Virus record (IMG/VR): IMGVR_UViG_3300020128_000040
Direction: 5' to 3' (one strand)
Length of the DNA: 64,000 nucleotides
Origin: a virus
Lineage: Duplodnaviria > Heunggongvirae > Uroviricota > Caudoviricetes > Herelleviridae
Below are positions 1-9,872 of the stretch, piece after piece. The position numbers and the translations under genes are program-made. Under the pieces are notes generated by a model that saw nothing but the letters and a program-made list of their open reading frames with translations, was not told the DNA's origin and did no database searches. Numbering within the stretch: position 1 is the stretch's first letter; each line of letters begins with the position of its first letter.

Positions 1-2018
1 AGGAAGGCCACCTGCTCCCCGCGGGCCAGGCACTCGTCCACGTAGGGGCGGACGATCGAGTGCATGTAGGCGGACAGGTCGGTGCGGAACTTCGTGATCT
101 GGCGGTACTCCCGGTAGTCCAGGCGCACCTTCTCGGTGAACTCCTTGGCCGTGACCGCCGCCAGGGAGTCCGCCTGGAGCTGGATCTGGGCGAACTGGTT
201 CGCGTCGATGTTGCTCAGGTGGACGTTGGCGAAGTCCAGGATGGCCTGGTTGGAGCGGTAGTTCGTGGTCAGCTGGTAGGTCGCGAAGACCCCGGAGGAC
301 TCCAACGCGTTCAGCGCCTTGGGGTTCGACGCCCGGAACTCGTACAGAGTCTGGGACGCGTCGCCCACGATGAGCAGGTTCTCCTTGTGCTTGGCCACGT
401 ACTTCAGCGCGTAGATGAACTCGAAGATCGAGTTGTCCTGCACCTCGTCGATGATGAGGTACCGGCTCGACACGTGCGGCGGCTCGGCCATGGTGTCGAT
501 CATCTGGTAGGCCAGGATGATCTCCAGCTCCAGGCAGGTCTGCCCGATGCGGTCGAGGATCTCCAGCACCTGCGGCTGGTAGTGCTCCACGAACGCGTTG
601 AGCGCGGTGGTCGAGCCCGGCAGCTTCTTGTCCATCTCCAGCAGCCGACGGCGGAAGGCCTTGGCCAGGTCGTCCATCGGGTAGAAGATGTCGAGGCTGT
701 TGAGGATCGTGTCCACGCTCGACAGGTCGTGCCGCGGGTGGTTCAGGGAGTAGATGTCGTGAATCATGCGCGCGATGGTCATGGACCCCACGCGTGGGTT
801 CTTGTCCTTGATGTTGTCGGCTGCCGCGTTGGTGAACGACAGCACGGTGATCTCGGACGGGTCGACCCCGGCCGCCTCCAGGTACGCGATGCGCGCCAGG
901 ATGACGGTGGACTTGCCGGTCCCGGCCCCGGCCTGCACCAGCGTCAGCGGCTCGTCCGTCGTGATGGCGGCCCGCTGCTGGGTGGAGAAGTGCGCGGGGA
1001 GCGCCGACGCCGCCTGCGCGTTCACAGGTGGCGACGGCAGCTGGGACTTGAAGGAGCTCAGCTCCTCCAGGGTGTGGCTCATCAGCAGGTTCAAGTTCTG
1101 CTTGGACAGGGTCGTGGCGATGTTCGGCGGGCAGACCGCGTTGATCGTCGTGTGGATCTGGCGGTACGCCTCCAGGGAGACGTTGTAGGTCTCCAGGTAG
1201 CGCAGCTGCGAGGCGAGCCGGTTCAGCGACTGCTCCGAGGGGGTGCCTGCGGCGAACACCTCGGTGATGTAGTCTCCGACGTGCTCGGCGATGTCGGTGC
1301 CCGCCCACTGCTCCGCCAGGCGGCAGACGCGGTCGTGCACGTCATAGTCGTCCATCCACGCGGCCAGGTCGTCGGCGTCGACGAACACCGGGTTGCCGGT
1401 GCCCGTGCGGGCCGAGGTCGCCGTTGCGATGAGGTCCTCCACGTCGTCCAGCGGGGCGTAGCTCCAGTCCAGGAGCACCACGCCCTCGCCCAGCGGCGCG
1501 TTGCGGCCGGAGGAGTGGTCCACGACGCGGGCCCGGGCGGGCGAGGAGCCCACCGGGAGCACGTAGAGCTCCATCCGGTACAGGATGCGCTTGGAGCGCG
1601 AGACCTTGTCGCCCCCGCCGTCCTCGGTGATGATGATCCCCTGCGGGGTCATGCCCAGGAAGGCGTCGAAGGCGAGCTTGGTCGCCGCCGAGGTGATGTG
1701 GAACAGGTCCTCGGGCACGGGGACCGGGATGGTCGCGCCGTAGGCGGGCGCCTCCTCCAGGGTGTACTGGGTCAGGGTGCCCAGCGGGATCGTGCTCGTG
1801 GTGATCGAGCTGCCCGTGGAGCGGGTCTTGGTCGCCACCGCGCCCACCGGCACCGAGTGGCGGCCCTCGCCGAGCGGGTAGCGCCCGGGCCGGGTGCTGC
1901 TGTTGAGCAGCCCCGTGGACTTGCCGGACCCGGTCAGGGAGCGGGAGAAGAACTTGGGGGTCTGCGCCTTGGTGGCGGCGGCAGCGAAGAGCGAGGGGTC
2001 GTCCATCTGGATCGGCAT
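1..2018 (-). CDS. UvrD/REP-family (SF1) helicase, 3' end runs off the window
   Basis: Manual translation from ATG at 2018 (AAAGGAAG RBS): QAGAGTGKST (motif I), TVLSFTNAAA (Ia), YLIIDEVQD (II), VGDASQTLYEFR (III), LTTNYRS (IV). Absent from the ORF track because it has no stop in the window. Confidence 0.92.
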   Translation of the reverse strand, partial: MPIQMDDPSLFAAAATKAQTPKFFSRSLTGSGKSTGLLNSSTRPGRYPLGEGRHSVPVGAVATKTRSTGSSITTSTIPLGTLTQYTLEEAPAYGATIPVPVPEDLFHITSAATKLAFDAFLGMTPQGIIITEDGGGDKVSRSKRILYRMELYVLPVGSSPARARVVDHSSGRNAPLGEGVVLLDWSYAPLDDVEDLIATATSARTGTGNPVFVDADDLAAWMDDYDVHDRVCRLAEQWAGTDIAEHVGDYITEVFAAGTPSEQSLNRLASQLRYLETYNVSLEAYRQIHTTINAVCPPNIATTLSKQNLNLLMSHTLEELSSFKSQLPSPPVNAQAASALPAHFSTQQRAAITTDEPLTLVQAGAGTGKSTVILARIAYLEAAGVDPSEITVLSFTNAAADNIKDKNPRVGSMTIARMIHDIYSLNHPRHDLSSVDTILNSLDIFYPMDDLAKAFRRRLLEMDKKLPGSTTALNAFVEHYQPQVLEILDRIGQTCLELEIILAYQMIDTMAEPPHVSSRYLIIDEVQDNSIFEFIYALKYVAKHKENLLIVGDASQTLYEFRASNPKALNALESSGVFATYQLTTNYRSNQAILDFANVHLSNIDANQFAQIQLQADSLAAVTAKEFTEKVRLDYREYRQITKFRTDLSAYMHSIVRPYVDECLARGEQVAF

Positions 2019-2118
2019 CGGGTCTTCCTTTCGTATTTATGCGGCTATGTGTCTGGCGGCGAGCCTCCCCCCGGGCCGGGGCCCAGGGGGGAGGAGCGCG
2101 GCATGGTCGGCCGACGGC

Positions 2119-4068
2119 TCAGGCCTGCGCCGGAACGGCTTCCTCCTCGTCGAGGGGGGTGGCCGCGGCGGCGGGGGCGGCGAGCAGCGGCTGCGCCGAG
2201 GGCGCCATCAGGGCGTCCTCGATCAGGCGGCGGGCCTCGTTCTCAGCGGGGCGGGCCCCCAGCTGGCGCTGGAAGGTCGCACGCACCGAGGCCTCCACGA
2301 TGTCGTCCGGCAGGGCCGGCGGCAGCACGGTGGCGTTGCGGGGCATCGTCGAGACGATGCGCTCGCGCTCGCGGGAGTACGCCGAGCGGAGGATCTCCGC
2401 GTAGACGGACTCGTCGATCGGGCGGAACGCCAGCAGGTGCATGAAGCGCCCCAGGAACTCCGGGTCGAAGGCCTGCTCCAGCGCCGAGGTCACCTGCTGC
2501 CGGTTGAACCGCGGGGGCTCACTGCCACCGGCGGAGAACCCCGCCGCCGGCTTGCCCCCGAGGGCCTCGCGGCCCGCGTTGGTGGTGGCGATGACGACGG
2601 CCTTGGAGAAGTCGACCACCTTGCCCGAGGCCATCCGCATCCAGCCCTCGTCGAGGGCGGTCAGCAGCAGCCGGTGGATGGTGCGGTCGGCCTTCTCGAT
2701 CTCGTCCAGGAGGATCACCCGGTACGGGTTGGACTCCAGGGTGTCGAACGGCAGCTCCTTGTTCGAGTCGCTGCCCACGTAGCCCGGCCCGGCCCCGATG
2801 AGCTTCGAGGCGTCGTGCGAGGTGTGGTACTCGCCCATGTTCAGCATGATCGGCTCCTGGCCCGTCAGGGCCCGGGCGATCACCTTCACGGCCTCGGTCT
2901 TGCCGACCCCGGAGGGACCGGCGAACATCCAGGTCATCGGGCGGCGGCGCGGGAACACCTCGAGGGCGTCACGGCGCATGGCGACCATGACCTCCTCCAG
3001 CGCCTCGTCCTGGCCCTTGATGCACAGCAGCGCGTCGCGGGCGGCGGCCTCGTCGAACGGGACCTTCGTGGGGATGCCCGTGGCCAGGCGCAGGGCGACG
3101 GCGTGGGCCTTCTCCTTCGTCAGGGGCACGGGGGTCATGGCCTTGAGCTGGGCGGCGTAGACCTGGTCACCGGCGGCCTCTGCCTCGGCGATCAGCCGGC
3201 GGTGGGTCACCACTGTGTCCCCCATGGCCCGGTCCATCAGGGTCAGGGCGCTGTCGGGGCGGTGCTCGGCGGCCCGGGAGTTCTCGTCCGCGATCCGGGC
3301 GATCTCCACCAGGGTGTGGTCGGCGACCGCCACAGCGTGGCTGTAGTGGGCGTGCAGCGAGGCCGAGGCCGAGCGCAGCACCTCCACCGTCTGCTCCCGG
3401 CTCAGCTCGTCCACGACCACGCGCGAGAACCGGCGCGCGAACGCCGGGTCGTCGTCGAGGTCGCGGGCCTCCTGGGCGGTGGTCGCGCCGATGAGGCGCA
3501 TGTCGCCGCGGGCCAGGGCCGGCTTGAGGATCTGGGCGATCTTGCGGTAGGTCTCGGAGTTCGACTGCAGCAGGTGGATCTCGTCGATGAACAGGACCGC
3601 GTTGTTCTTGCGGTCGGTGGCGAAGTCCACCACCGCCGCGACGCGGGACTCCAGCTCGCCCACGATGCCCGTCCCGGCCACGAGGCTGGACAGCGGCAGC
3701 TCCCAGACGGTGCTCTTGGCCATGGTCGGGGGCACCAGCGGCGAGCCGGTGGCGATGAGCCGGGCGATCTCCTCGACGATGCGGGTCTTGCCCACGCCGG
3801 CCGGGCCCACCAGCAGCGGGTTCGGCTTCGACTTGGAGATCAGCACCGACATGGTCAGCTGGATGAGCTGGTCGCGGAACATCGCGGGGTCGGCCGCCTT
3901 GAAGCGGTCGTTGTAGTCGATCATGATGTCGGTGACATCGTTGACCTGCTGGGCGGCTCCGCCCATCGACGGCAGCGGCGGCAGGCCCGGGCCACCAGGG
4001 CCGGCAGGCCCGCCGGGGCCACCAGGGCCGAGGTCGTCGTCGTCTGTAAAGTTGTGGAACGAGCTCAT
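2119..4068 (-). CDS. ClpA/ClpB-type double AAA+ ATPase lacking the usual N-domain
   Basis: NPLLVGPAGVGKT / LFIDEIH / GATT / FARRF, then GPSGVGKTE / KLIGAGPGYVG / LLDEIEKA / VDFSKAVVIATTN / PEFLGRF / GARP. Start MSSFHNF at 4068 follows a GAGAGGAG RBS. Confidence 0.92.
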   Translation of the reverse strand: MSSFHNFTDDDDLGPGGPGGPAGPGGPGLPPLPSMGGAAQQVNDVTDIMIDYNDRFKAADPAMFRDQLIQLTMSVLISKSKPNPLLVGPAGVGKTRIVEEIARLIATGSPLVPPTMAKSTVWELPLSSLVAGTGIVGELESRVAAVVDFATDRKNNAVLFIDEIHLLQSNSETYRKIAQILKPALARGDMRLIGATTAQEARDLDDDPAFARRFSRVVVDELSREQTVEVLRSASASLHAHYSHAVAVADHTLVEIARIADENSRAAEHRPDSALTLMDRAMGDTVVTHRRLIAEAEAAGDQVYAAQLKAMTPVPLTKEKAHAVALRLATGIPTKVPFDEAAARDALLCIKGQDEALEEVMVAMRRDALEVFPRRRPMTWMFAGPSGVGKTEAVKVIARALTGQEPIMLNMGEYHTSHDASKLIGAGPGYVGSDSNKELPFDTLESNPYRVILLDEIEKADRTIHRLLLTALDEGWMRMASGKVVDFSKAVVIATTNAGREALGGKPAAGFSAGGSEPPRFNRQQVTSALEQAFDPEFLGRFMHLLAFRPIDESVYAEILRSAYSRERERIVSTMPRNATVLPPALPDDIVEASVRATFQRQLGARPAENEARRLIEDALMAPSAQPLLAAPAAAATPLDEEEAVPAQA

Positions 4069-4154
4069 GACGAGGGCTCTCCTCTCGGATTTATGCCCTG
4101 GCAGGCCCGGCCCGCCCCGCGAGGGGGCAGGACGGGCGCCAGGGGGGGTCGGCT

Positions 4155-5846
4155 TCAGGCCGTGATCCCGATCAGCTTCTGGGGCACTGCCGGGTCGATG
4201 TGGGTCATGCTCTTGGAGAAGTTGCGGGCGAAGTGCACCATCCGGTCCCAGTCCATCCCCGAGCACGGGGCGTAGTACAGGTTCGGCGGGTGCGGCACCT
4301 TGTTGGTCGAGGGCGACCACTCGAAGTCCGTCAGGATCAGCGAGAAGCGCTCCCGCCGGCGGGCGGACATGTTGATGTACTCCCAGATCTGGCGGTAGTC
4401 GGTGCCGCCGGACACCTTGGGGATGCGGCGGAACTCGGCCCAGATGGCCGACACGGACTTGTTCGCCGTCTTCAGCAGCACCTCCTGGCTCATCATGTGC
4501 GAGAAGCTGTTGAAGTACAGGTCGACGTTCATCGACTTGGCCATCTTGATTAGCATCAGCACCGCGTCCTGGTAGTTCGCCTCGCTGATCGAGCCCGAGG
4601 TGTCCACGTAGACGTGGAGGTCGGGCAGGTACCTGGTCGAGGCGATCCGGCCGGGCCGGTTGAAGTCGTCCGGGTCGCGCCTGGACGCCTTCAGGAACGT
4701 GGTCTTCACCCGCTTCACGGCGTTGCGCGAGCGGTTGACCTCCTTCATGCGCTTCAGGGCGCGGATGACGCCCTTGGACAGGTCGACCTTGCTCGGGGCC
4801 TTCTTGCGGAAGCGCACCGACGCCGAGCGCCCCGAGGGGGCCAGCTTGTTCGACTGCGCGTTGGCGGCCGCGGCCGAGGCCTTGGCCATCGCCCGCGGGA
4901 GGGCCGTGAGCTTGGACAGCGCGCTGTTGGAGATCACGCGCACGCCCGAGGAGAGCGTGGCGTTGATGAGGCGCCACTCGTTGTCGATCTTCTTCGGCGA
5001 GGTGCGCGCGTGCGCCTCCACGTTCACCAGGACGACCGTCTTGGGGATGAACAGCTCCGCCATGTGGAACGGCATGATGCCGGCCGTGGGCTGCTGCGAC
5101 CCCGACGCCGAGCCGGCGACCGCCTGGTAGGCGGTCAGCAGGTGCACGAGCACCCGGGGGAAGGAGTACTCGTCGTTGCCGTCCGTCTCGTCCTTGCGCA
5201 GCACCAGGCCCTCGGTGAGGCCGGTCAGGCGCATCGCCAGGAACTTCGTCATGAGCGAGGTGGTCGAGGCGGGCAGCGGGGCGGCGGCCGACAGGGCGGT
5301 GAACTGCTGGGAGGCCCACTGCACGAAGTCGTCGAAGGCCGCGGCGCCCTGGAACCAGAAGCCCAGGGTCTCCGGGCTGTAGGTGTAGGCCAGCGAGGCG
5401 AAGAACTCGTCCTCCGAGCCGCCGGACAGCAGCGCCTTGGCCGTGGGGACCACGTCGGTCGCGGCGGTGTAGAGCACCGACGGGCCGGGGTGCGGCAGCG
5501 GGGTGCGCGAGGAGCGGGCGGCCTGCACCACGTAGGTGGCGCCAACCAGCAGTGGGGTGGTCTTGTCATAGCGGACGAGGCCCTGCTGCAGGACTGATTT
5601 CACGGCGTCCTCGGCGGCCATGTCGACGGTGTCGAGCATGGTGCGCAGGACCAGGGCGCGCAGGTCGTCCTGGTCGAGGGAGCGCCCCTTGGAGTCGGTC
5701 AGCGAGACCGGCCCCGCCCCCAGCGGGGTCATCAGGGGCTCGACGACGGCCTTCTCCAGCGCCGCCACCGGGTCGTACACGCCGGCGACCGGCAAGGGCT
5801 GGGTCGCGTCCAGCACGGCTGGGCGCTGGTTGCTCAGTGTGAGCAT
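4155..5846 (-). CDS. vWA (MIDAS) domain protein
   Basis: C-terminal LHVYVDTSGSIS (DxSxS), GGTD and ILTD. GAAGGAGG RBS before MLTLSNQ. Lies directly downstream of a MoxR ATPase. Confidence 0.85.
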   Translation of the reverse strand: MLTLSNQRPAVLDATQPLPVAGVYDPVAALEKAVVEPLMTPLGAGPVSLTDSKGRSLDQDDLRALVLRTMLDTVDMAAEDAVKSVLQQGLVRYDKTTPLLVGATYVVQAARSSRTPLPHPGPSVLYTAATDVVPTAKALLSGGSEDEFFASLAYTYSPETLGFWFQGAAAFDDFVQWASQQFTALSAAAPLPASTTSLMTKFLAMRLTGLTEGLVLRKDETDGNDEYSFPRVLVHLLTAYQAVAGSASGSQQPTAGIMPFHMAELFIPKTVVLVNVEAHARTSPKKIDNEWRLINATLSSGVRVISNSALSKLTALPRAMAKASAAAANAQSNKLAPSGRSASVRFRKKAPSKVDLSKGVIRALKRMKEVNRSRNAVKRVKTTFLKASRRDPDDFNRPGRIASTRYLPDLHVYVDTSGSISEANYQDAVLMLIKMAKSMNVDLYFNSFSHMMSQEVLLKTANKSVSAIWAEFRRIPKVSGGTDYRQIWEYINMSARRRERFSLILTDFEWSPSTNKVPHPPNLYYAPCSGMDWDRMVHFARNFSKSMTHIDPAVPQKLIGITA

Positions 5847-5932
5847 GGTCTGCCTCCTTCTGGGGCTCGATGTCATGGGCCGGGCGCGCCCGGCCCCAGG
5901 GGCGTCCCCACCCCCAGGGCCGAGCGGCTGGC

Positions 5933-7204
5933 TCAGGCGTTGATGCCGATCATGTTGGCGACCGGGCGGATGCGCTGCTCCACGATCGGGGCGTTGGTGT
6001 CCAGTGCCGCGCGGAGGTTGTCCTCGTTGAGGCCGCCGGAGGTCATCAGGCTGAGCAGCGTGGTGCCGTGGTCGGCCTCGAGCTGGTCGGTCTGCGCCAC
6101 GAGCTGGCGGATGATCGCGGTGTTGTCGGCCCCGTCGTAGATGGCGTAGACCAGCGCGCCGGACTTCTCACGGTCGTTCAGCTGGCTGATCAGGCCGTCC
6201 AGGGCGGAGTTGCTCCCCGCCGCGGCGAGGTCGTCCCAGCAGCCCGGGCGGGGCGCGGTGGCCTTGCGCGACTTGCCGCCGGCCGAGGCCTGGGCGAAGG
6301 ACGCGCCGATCTCCCCGATCAGCATTGTGGAGAAGGTGGTCAGACCGACGTGCGCCTCCACGATCTCGTGGAGCATCGTCACGCCGGTGCGGGCGCCGGC
6401 GTCCACCGGGGTCTGGAAGAGCTCCTTGAGCAGGTCGGGGTCGGCTTCGTCGAGGAAGTCGCTGATCGCCTCGATGGTGCGCGGCGTGGTCAGCTGCAGC
6501 ATCTCCTCGCCCGCGTCCATCAGGTCGGCGAACGTCGCGGTCTGCGAGTCGTCGTCGTCGTCGGAGCCGTCCACCGCGGTGAAGCTCAGCGGGGCGGACT
6601 TCTCGAACACCGACTCGGGGTTCTTCACCAGCACGGCGCGCACCCAGTCGTTCAGCGGCCGGGTGCCGTTGTCGCGGGAGTCGAGGTAGTCGATGACCGA
6701 CGGGGCGTCGGGCTCCACCTGGTACACGGCGAACCGGGACAGGCTGGCGTCGTCGAGAGCGACGACGTTGCCCTTGGTGTTGCCGGTCACCAGGATCTTC
6801 AGGTTGTCGGGGAGCACCTGGTCCCCGAGCTCGCGCTCGGTGGAGATGCTCAGCGCGCCCGAGGTCACGTCCGGGGTGGTCCGGTTGATCTCGTCCAGCA
6901 GGAGGTAGACGATGCTGCGCGGGTTGTCGTTGGCGTACTGCACGGCTGAGCGCACCTTGTGGTGCGCGAAGAACTTCTGCTCGAAGCTCTTCTTGTCCTC
7001 GGTCGGCACCAGGCGGGCGCCGGTCAGGTCGGCCTTGTCGGCCAGCTGGTTGACCTGCACGACGAAGCACTTGGAGTCGGTGGCGCGCGCCAGCGACTTG
7101 ACGATCGAGGTCTTGCCGATCCCGGGCTCGCCCGCCAGGAAGACGGTGTTGCCGGCGGCCATGTCGAGGCCGAGGATCTTGACGAAGGTGTCGGAGATCT
7201 TCAT
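5933..7204 (-). CDS. MoxR-family AAA+ ATPase
   Basis: GEPGIGKTS, LLLDEINR, TGN, SLSRF, TTPRT. Start MKISDTF at 7204. Confidence 0.88.
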   Translation of the reverse strand: MKISDTFVKILGLDMAAGNTVFLAGEPGIGKTSIVKSLARATDSKCFVVQVNQLADKADLTGARLVPTEDKKSFEQKFFAHHKVRSAVQYANDNPRSIVYLLLDEINRTTPDVTSGALSISTERELGDQVLPDNLKILVTGNTKGNVVALDDASLSRFAVYQVEPDAPSVIDYLDSRDNGTRPLNDWVRAVLVKNPESVFEKSAPLSFTAVDGSDDDDDSQTATFADLMDAGEEMLQLTTPRTIEAISDFLDEADPDLLKELFQTPVDAGARTGVTMLHEIVEAHVGLTTFSTMLIGEIGASFAQASAGGKSRKATAPRPGCWDDLAAAGSNSALDGLISQLNDREKSGALVYAIYDGADNTAIIRQLVAQTDQLEADHGTTLLSLMTSGGLNEDNLRAALDTNAPIVEQRIRPVANMIGINA

Positions 7205-7486
7205 GGTATTTGGGTTCCTTTGCTCGTTGCCGCCCACGGGCGGCGGATGCGGGTACCGCCCCCACGCCCCAAGCAGGGGCGCGGTCAGGAGGATGGGATG
7301 GAATGAGAGGGGCGGCACAGCCGCAAGAAGGCTGGAGGCACGGCGCCAGGGACGCCGTAGCCTGCCAGCCGCTTTCCCGGCTGCGCGCCAAGCGCAGCCA
7401 GCGCGGCGCCGGAGGCGCACCCCACGCTGACTAGCGCCCGCGACGGCGCCAGCCGGCGCGAGGGGCCGCCCGTCAGGGCGGTGTTT

Positions 7487-7957
7487 CTAGTCCTTGTCCT
7501 TACTCTCGCCCTTGACCGGCCCGCTCCCGGAGGGGGCGAGGCCGGAGACGTCGTGCTCGGAGCGGGGCACGGCCCTCACCTCGTAGGAGGTGGACGACGG
7601 CAGCGAGGCCACGAACCGGTCGAACGGCACGGGCTCGTAGGGCCGAGGGGGCTGGGGCCTGTGCTTGCGCACGCCGGCGGCGGCCAGGATCTCGAACTCC
7701 TTCAGCTCCTGCCTGTAGGAGCGCTCCAAGGAGGCGTGCTCGCGGCGGCGGCGGTCGTCGTCCTGCTTGTGCAGGCCCTCCAGCCGGGTGTTCAGCCGGG
7801 CGGCGCGGGAGGCGGCGTCATCAGGGGAGGCGAACCAGCCCTCGTCCTCGACGAGCTCCTCCTCGGTGACGGGGCGCCCGTCATGGCCCTCATGGGTGTG
7901 CAGCGAGACGATGACGTGCACGACGTCGTCCGTCCCGCGGGGGGATGATGCTGGCAT
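7487..7957 (-). CDS. hypothetical protein
   Basis: AAGGAGG RBS, GC3-rich codons, charged helical middle segment. Confidence 0.7.
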   Translation of the reverse strand: MPASSPRGTDDVVHVIVSLHTHEGHDGRPVTEEELVEDEGWFASPDDAASRAARLNTRLEGLHKQDDDRRRREHASLERSYRQELKEFEILAAAGVRKHRPQPPRPYEPVPFDRFVASLPSSTSYEVRAVPRSEHDVSGLAPSGSGPVKGESKDKD

Positions 7958-8031
7958 GGGTACCTCCTTGGTACTATGGATGCTGGGATACCAGCATAAA
8001 ACGAATAACGAACCGAGAGGGGGGCGGGCCC

Positions 8032-8673
8032 ATGATGGGACGCAACCACATCGTGGCGGGCCTCGGCCTGGCCGCACTGGGGGCCAGCGCGTTGAGGGGC
8101 GCGGCCCACCTGGAGGGGATGTCGTGGCAGGGGCGGCCCGAGTCGCTGCCCGGATGGGCCGGCGACCTCGTCGAGAAGGGGCTGGACGCCCTTGGCTCGG
8201 CGGCCTCATGGGCGCAGGGCTGGCTCGTGCCGACCAGCGAGGGCCCGTGGCACTGGGCGTACCTGGCGGCGGCCGCGGCGCTGTTCGTGCTGGGCACGCT
8301 GCTGCCCGACATCGACTCGGGCAAGTCGATCCTGGGCAGGCGGATGGCGCTGCCCCTGGGCCCCCACCGGGGCATCACGCACACCGACTGGGCGCTGGCG
8401 CTGCTGCTGGTGGCCTCCCTGCCGGGGCCGACCAGGGCGCTGGCCTTCCTGTGGTTGGGGGCCGTGACCCACTGCGAGCTGGACGGGTGGTCCACCGCGG
8501 GCAGGGCGAGGCTCTGGCCGCTCGGGCGGCACAGGACGATCATCGGGCCCGATGGCGAGCCCTGCGTGGTGCGCCCGAGCCCCCGGGCGCTGCACTACCG
8601 GACCGGCGGGACCGCCGAGCACGTGCTGGCCTGGGGGCTGGCAGCCCTCGGCGCCGCATCGCTCTTCTGGTAG
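8032..8673 (+). CDS. YdjM-like inner-membrane metal-dependent hydrolase
   Basis: MMGRNH, GTLLPDIDS, HRGITHT and THCELD motifs with several hydrophobic helices. Confidence 0.85.
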   Translation: MMGRNHIVAGLGLAALGASALRGAAHLEGMSWQGRPESLPGWAGDLVEKGLDALGSAASWAQGWLVPTSEGPWHWAYLAAAAALFVLGTLLPDIDSGKSILGRRMALPLGPHRGITHTDWALALLLVASLPGPTRALAFLWLGAVTHCELDGWSTAGRARLWPLGRHRTIIGPDGEPCVVRPSPRALHYRTGGTAEHVLAWGLAALGAASLFW

Positions 8674-8764
8674 GCCCGTCGCGCAGGACCCACGCCCCGG
8701 CGGCCACCAAGGCCACCAGGAGCAAGGCGCACAGCGAGATCGCGACGACCTGGGCGGCGCCCAT
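8540..8764 (-). CDS. possible small membrane protein
   Basis: ATG overlaps the primase stop (TGATG) and is followed by a hydrophobic run (VVAISLCALLLVALVAAGAWV). It overlaps the 3' end of the convergent hydrolase, so it is uncertain. Confidence 0.35.
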   Translation of the reverse strand: MGAAQVVAISLCALLLVALVAAGAWVLRDGPTRRAMRRRGLPAPRPARARRSRRSGSAAPGGSGAPRRARHRAR

Positions 8765-9771
8765 CAGCCCTCCTCCTCGGCCTCGGAGGCCAGGCGCTGG
8801 GCTATCAGGGCTGCGGCAGAGTTCAGCAGTAGCGGCATGCCGTTGCGGGCCTCGTCGTGCTTGGGGCGGTGCTCCAGCAGCGAGGCGGCCGCGTCGTAGA
8901 GCAGCCAGGTCAGGGCGCTCTCGTCGTATTCGTAGTCCGGCGTCACGGACTCTACGGCCTTGACGACATTGCGCAGGCGGTTGTAGAGCACGCCCAGCAC
9001 CGAGAACTCGAAGCGGGACATGTCCCCGCCGAAGTCGGCCGGGTCGCGCTTGTGGCCCCCGCGGGTGACGATCTCCAGGATCTGCTCGCGCCGCGGGACC
9101 TCGGGGCGCTCGGCGTCGATGTCGAGGTCGACCGTGAGCACCTCCACGGCCTGCGAGGCGACCTCCGCGTACAGGCCCTCCCACGAGGGCGCCGGGCCGG
9201 AGGCGGGTCCGAGCCCGGAGGTGTCGCCCACGGGTGAGCCGGTGAACGTGGCCCAGTGCTCGATGAGGACCTCCCACCAGCCCCGCGGGTGCTTGAGCAC
9301 CACCTTGGCGGCGGCCACAGGGAAGTCGTAGAAGTTCGTGGGTAGCGGCATCAGCAGGTGGAAGCCCTTGCCCGACATGGAGCGCTCGCGGTACAGGTCC
9401 CCGCCCATCGACAGCAGCCGGGCGGCCTCCCCCGGCGGGCAGGAGGACTCGATGTCGACCATGAGCACGCGGTCGACGGTGCCGCGCAGCCAGAACGCCC
9501 GGTTGGCGGCGCGCGGCAGGAAGTCGGTCAGCTCGTCGAGCGTGACGAGGCAGCGCTCGTCGGTGGCCCAGGCCCCGCGCACGGGGCCGTCGTGCTGGCA
9601 GCGCGACCCGCAGCCGTCCATCAGGTGGCGGATGTCGATCGGCCGCTTGGTCGAGTCCGAGACCGTCCAGCGGGGCTCTCGGCCGAGCTGGGCCACCGCG
9701 GGGTTGGTGTAGATCAAGGGGAGATCGGCTCGGGCGTCGTCCCCGGTGTAGTCGTCATGGGCGTTGGCCAC
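8764..9771 (-). CDS. AEP-superfamily primase/primase-polymerase-like protein
   Basis: hhhDhE motif (LMVDIES) and the ERSMSGKGFHLL (SxSGxGxH) motif. Confidence 0.75.
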   Translation of the reverse strand: MANAHDDYTGDDARADLPLIYTNPAVAQLGREPRWTVSDSTKRPIDIRHLMDGCGSRCQHDGPVRGAWATDERCLVTLDELTDFLPRAANRAFWLRGTVDRVLMVDIESSCPPGEAARLLSMGGDLYRERSMSGKGFHLLMPLPTNFYDFPVAAAKVVLKHPRGWWEVLIEHWATFTGSPVGDTSGLGPASGPAPSWEGLYAEVASQAVEVLTVDLDIDAERPEVPRREQILEIVTRGGHKRDPADFGGDMSRFEFSVLGVLYNRLRNVVKAVESVTPDYEYDESALTWLLYDAAASLLEHRPKHDEARNGMPLLLNSAAALIAQRLASEAEEEG

Positions 9772-9815
9772 AGGGCTGCCTCCTCGGCTTCTGAGAACGT
9801 GCGTGCTACGAAGAA

Positions 9816-9849
9816 AGCGGGGCCCGCGGCCGAAGCCGGGGACCCCGCT
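9816..9849 (-). terminator. probable intrinsic terminator
   Basis: AGCGGGG...CCCCGCT stem with a GCCG/CGGC inner stem, followed by CTTTCTT on the minus strand, just after the 9873 stop. Confidence 0.55.
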
Positions 9850-9872
9850 CTCTCATCATGGTGCGCCGGCGG

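Noticed and set aside
3975-4035. Collagen-like GPGGP repeat at the Clp N-terminus
   Set aside because: Too short for a triple helix; treated as a flexible linker.
60-7430. Long plus-strand ORFs (e.g. 60..2444, 1894..4275, 5870..6949) and similar shadows across the window
   Set aside because: Antisense shadows of motif-bearing genes, expected at this GC content; no motifs or RBS.
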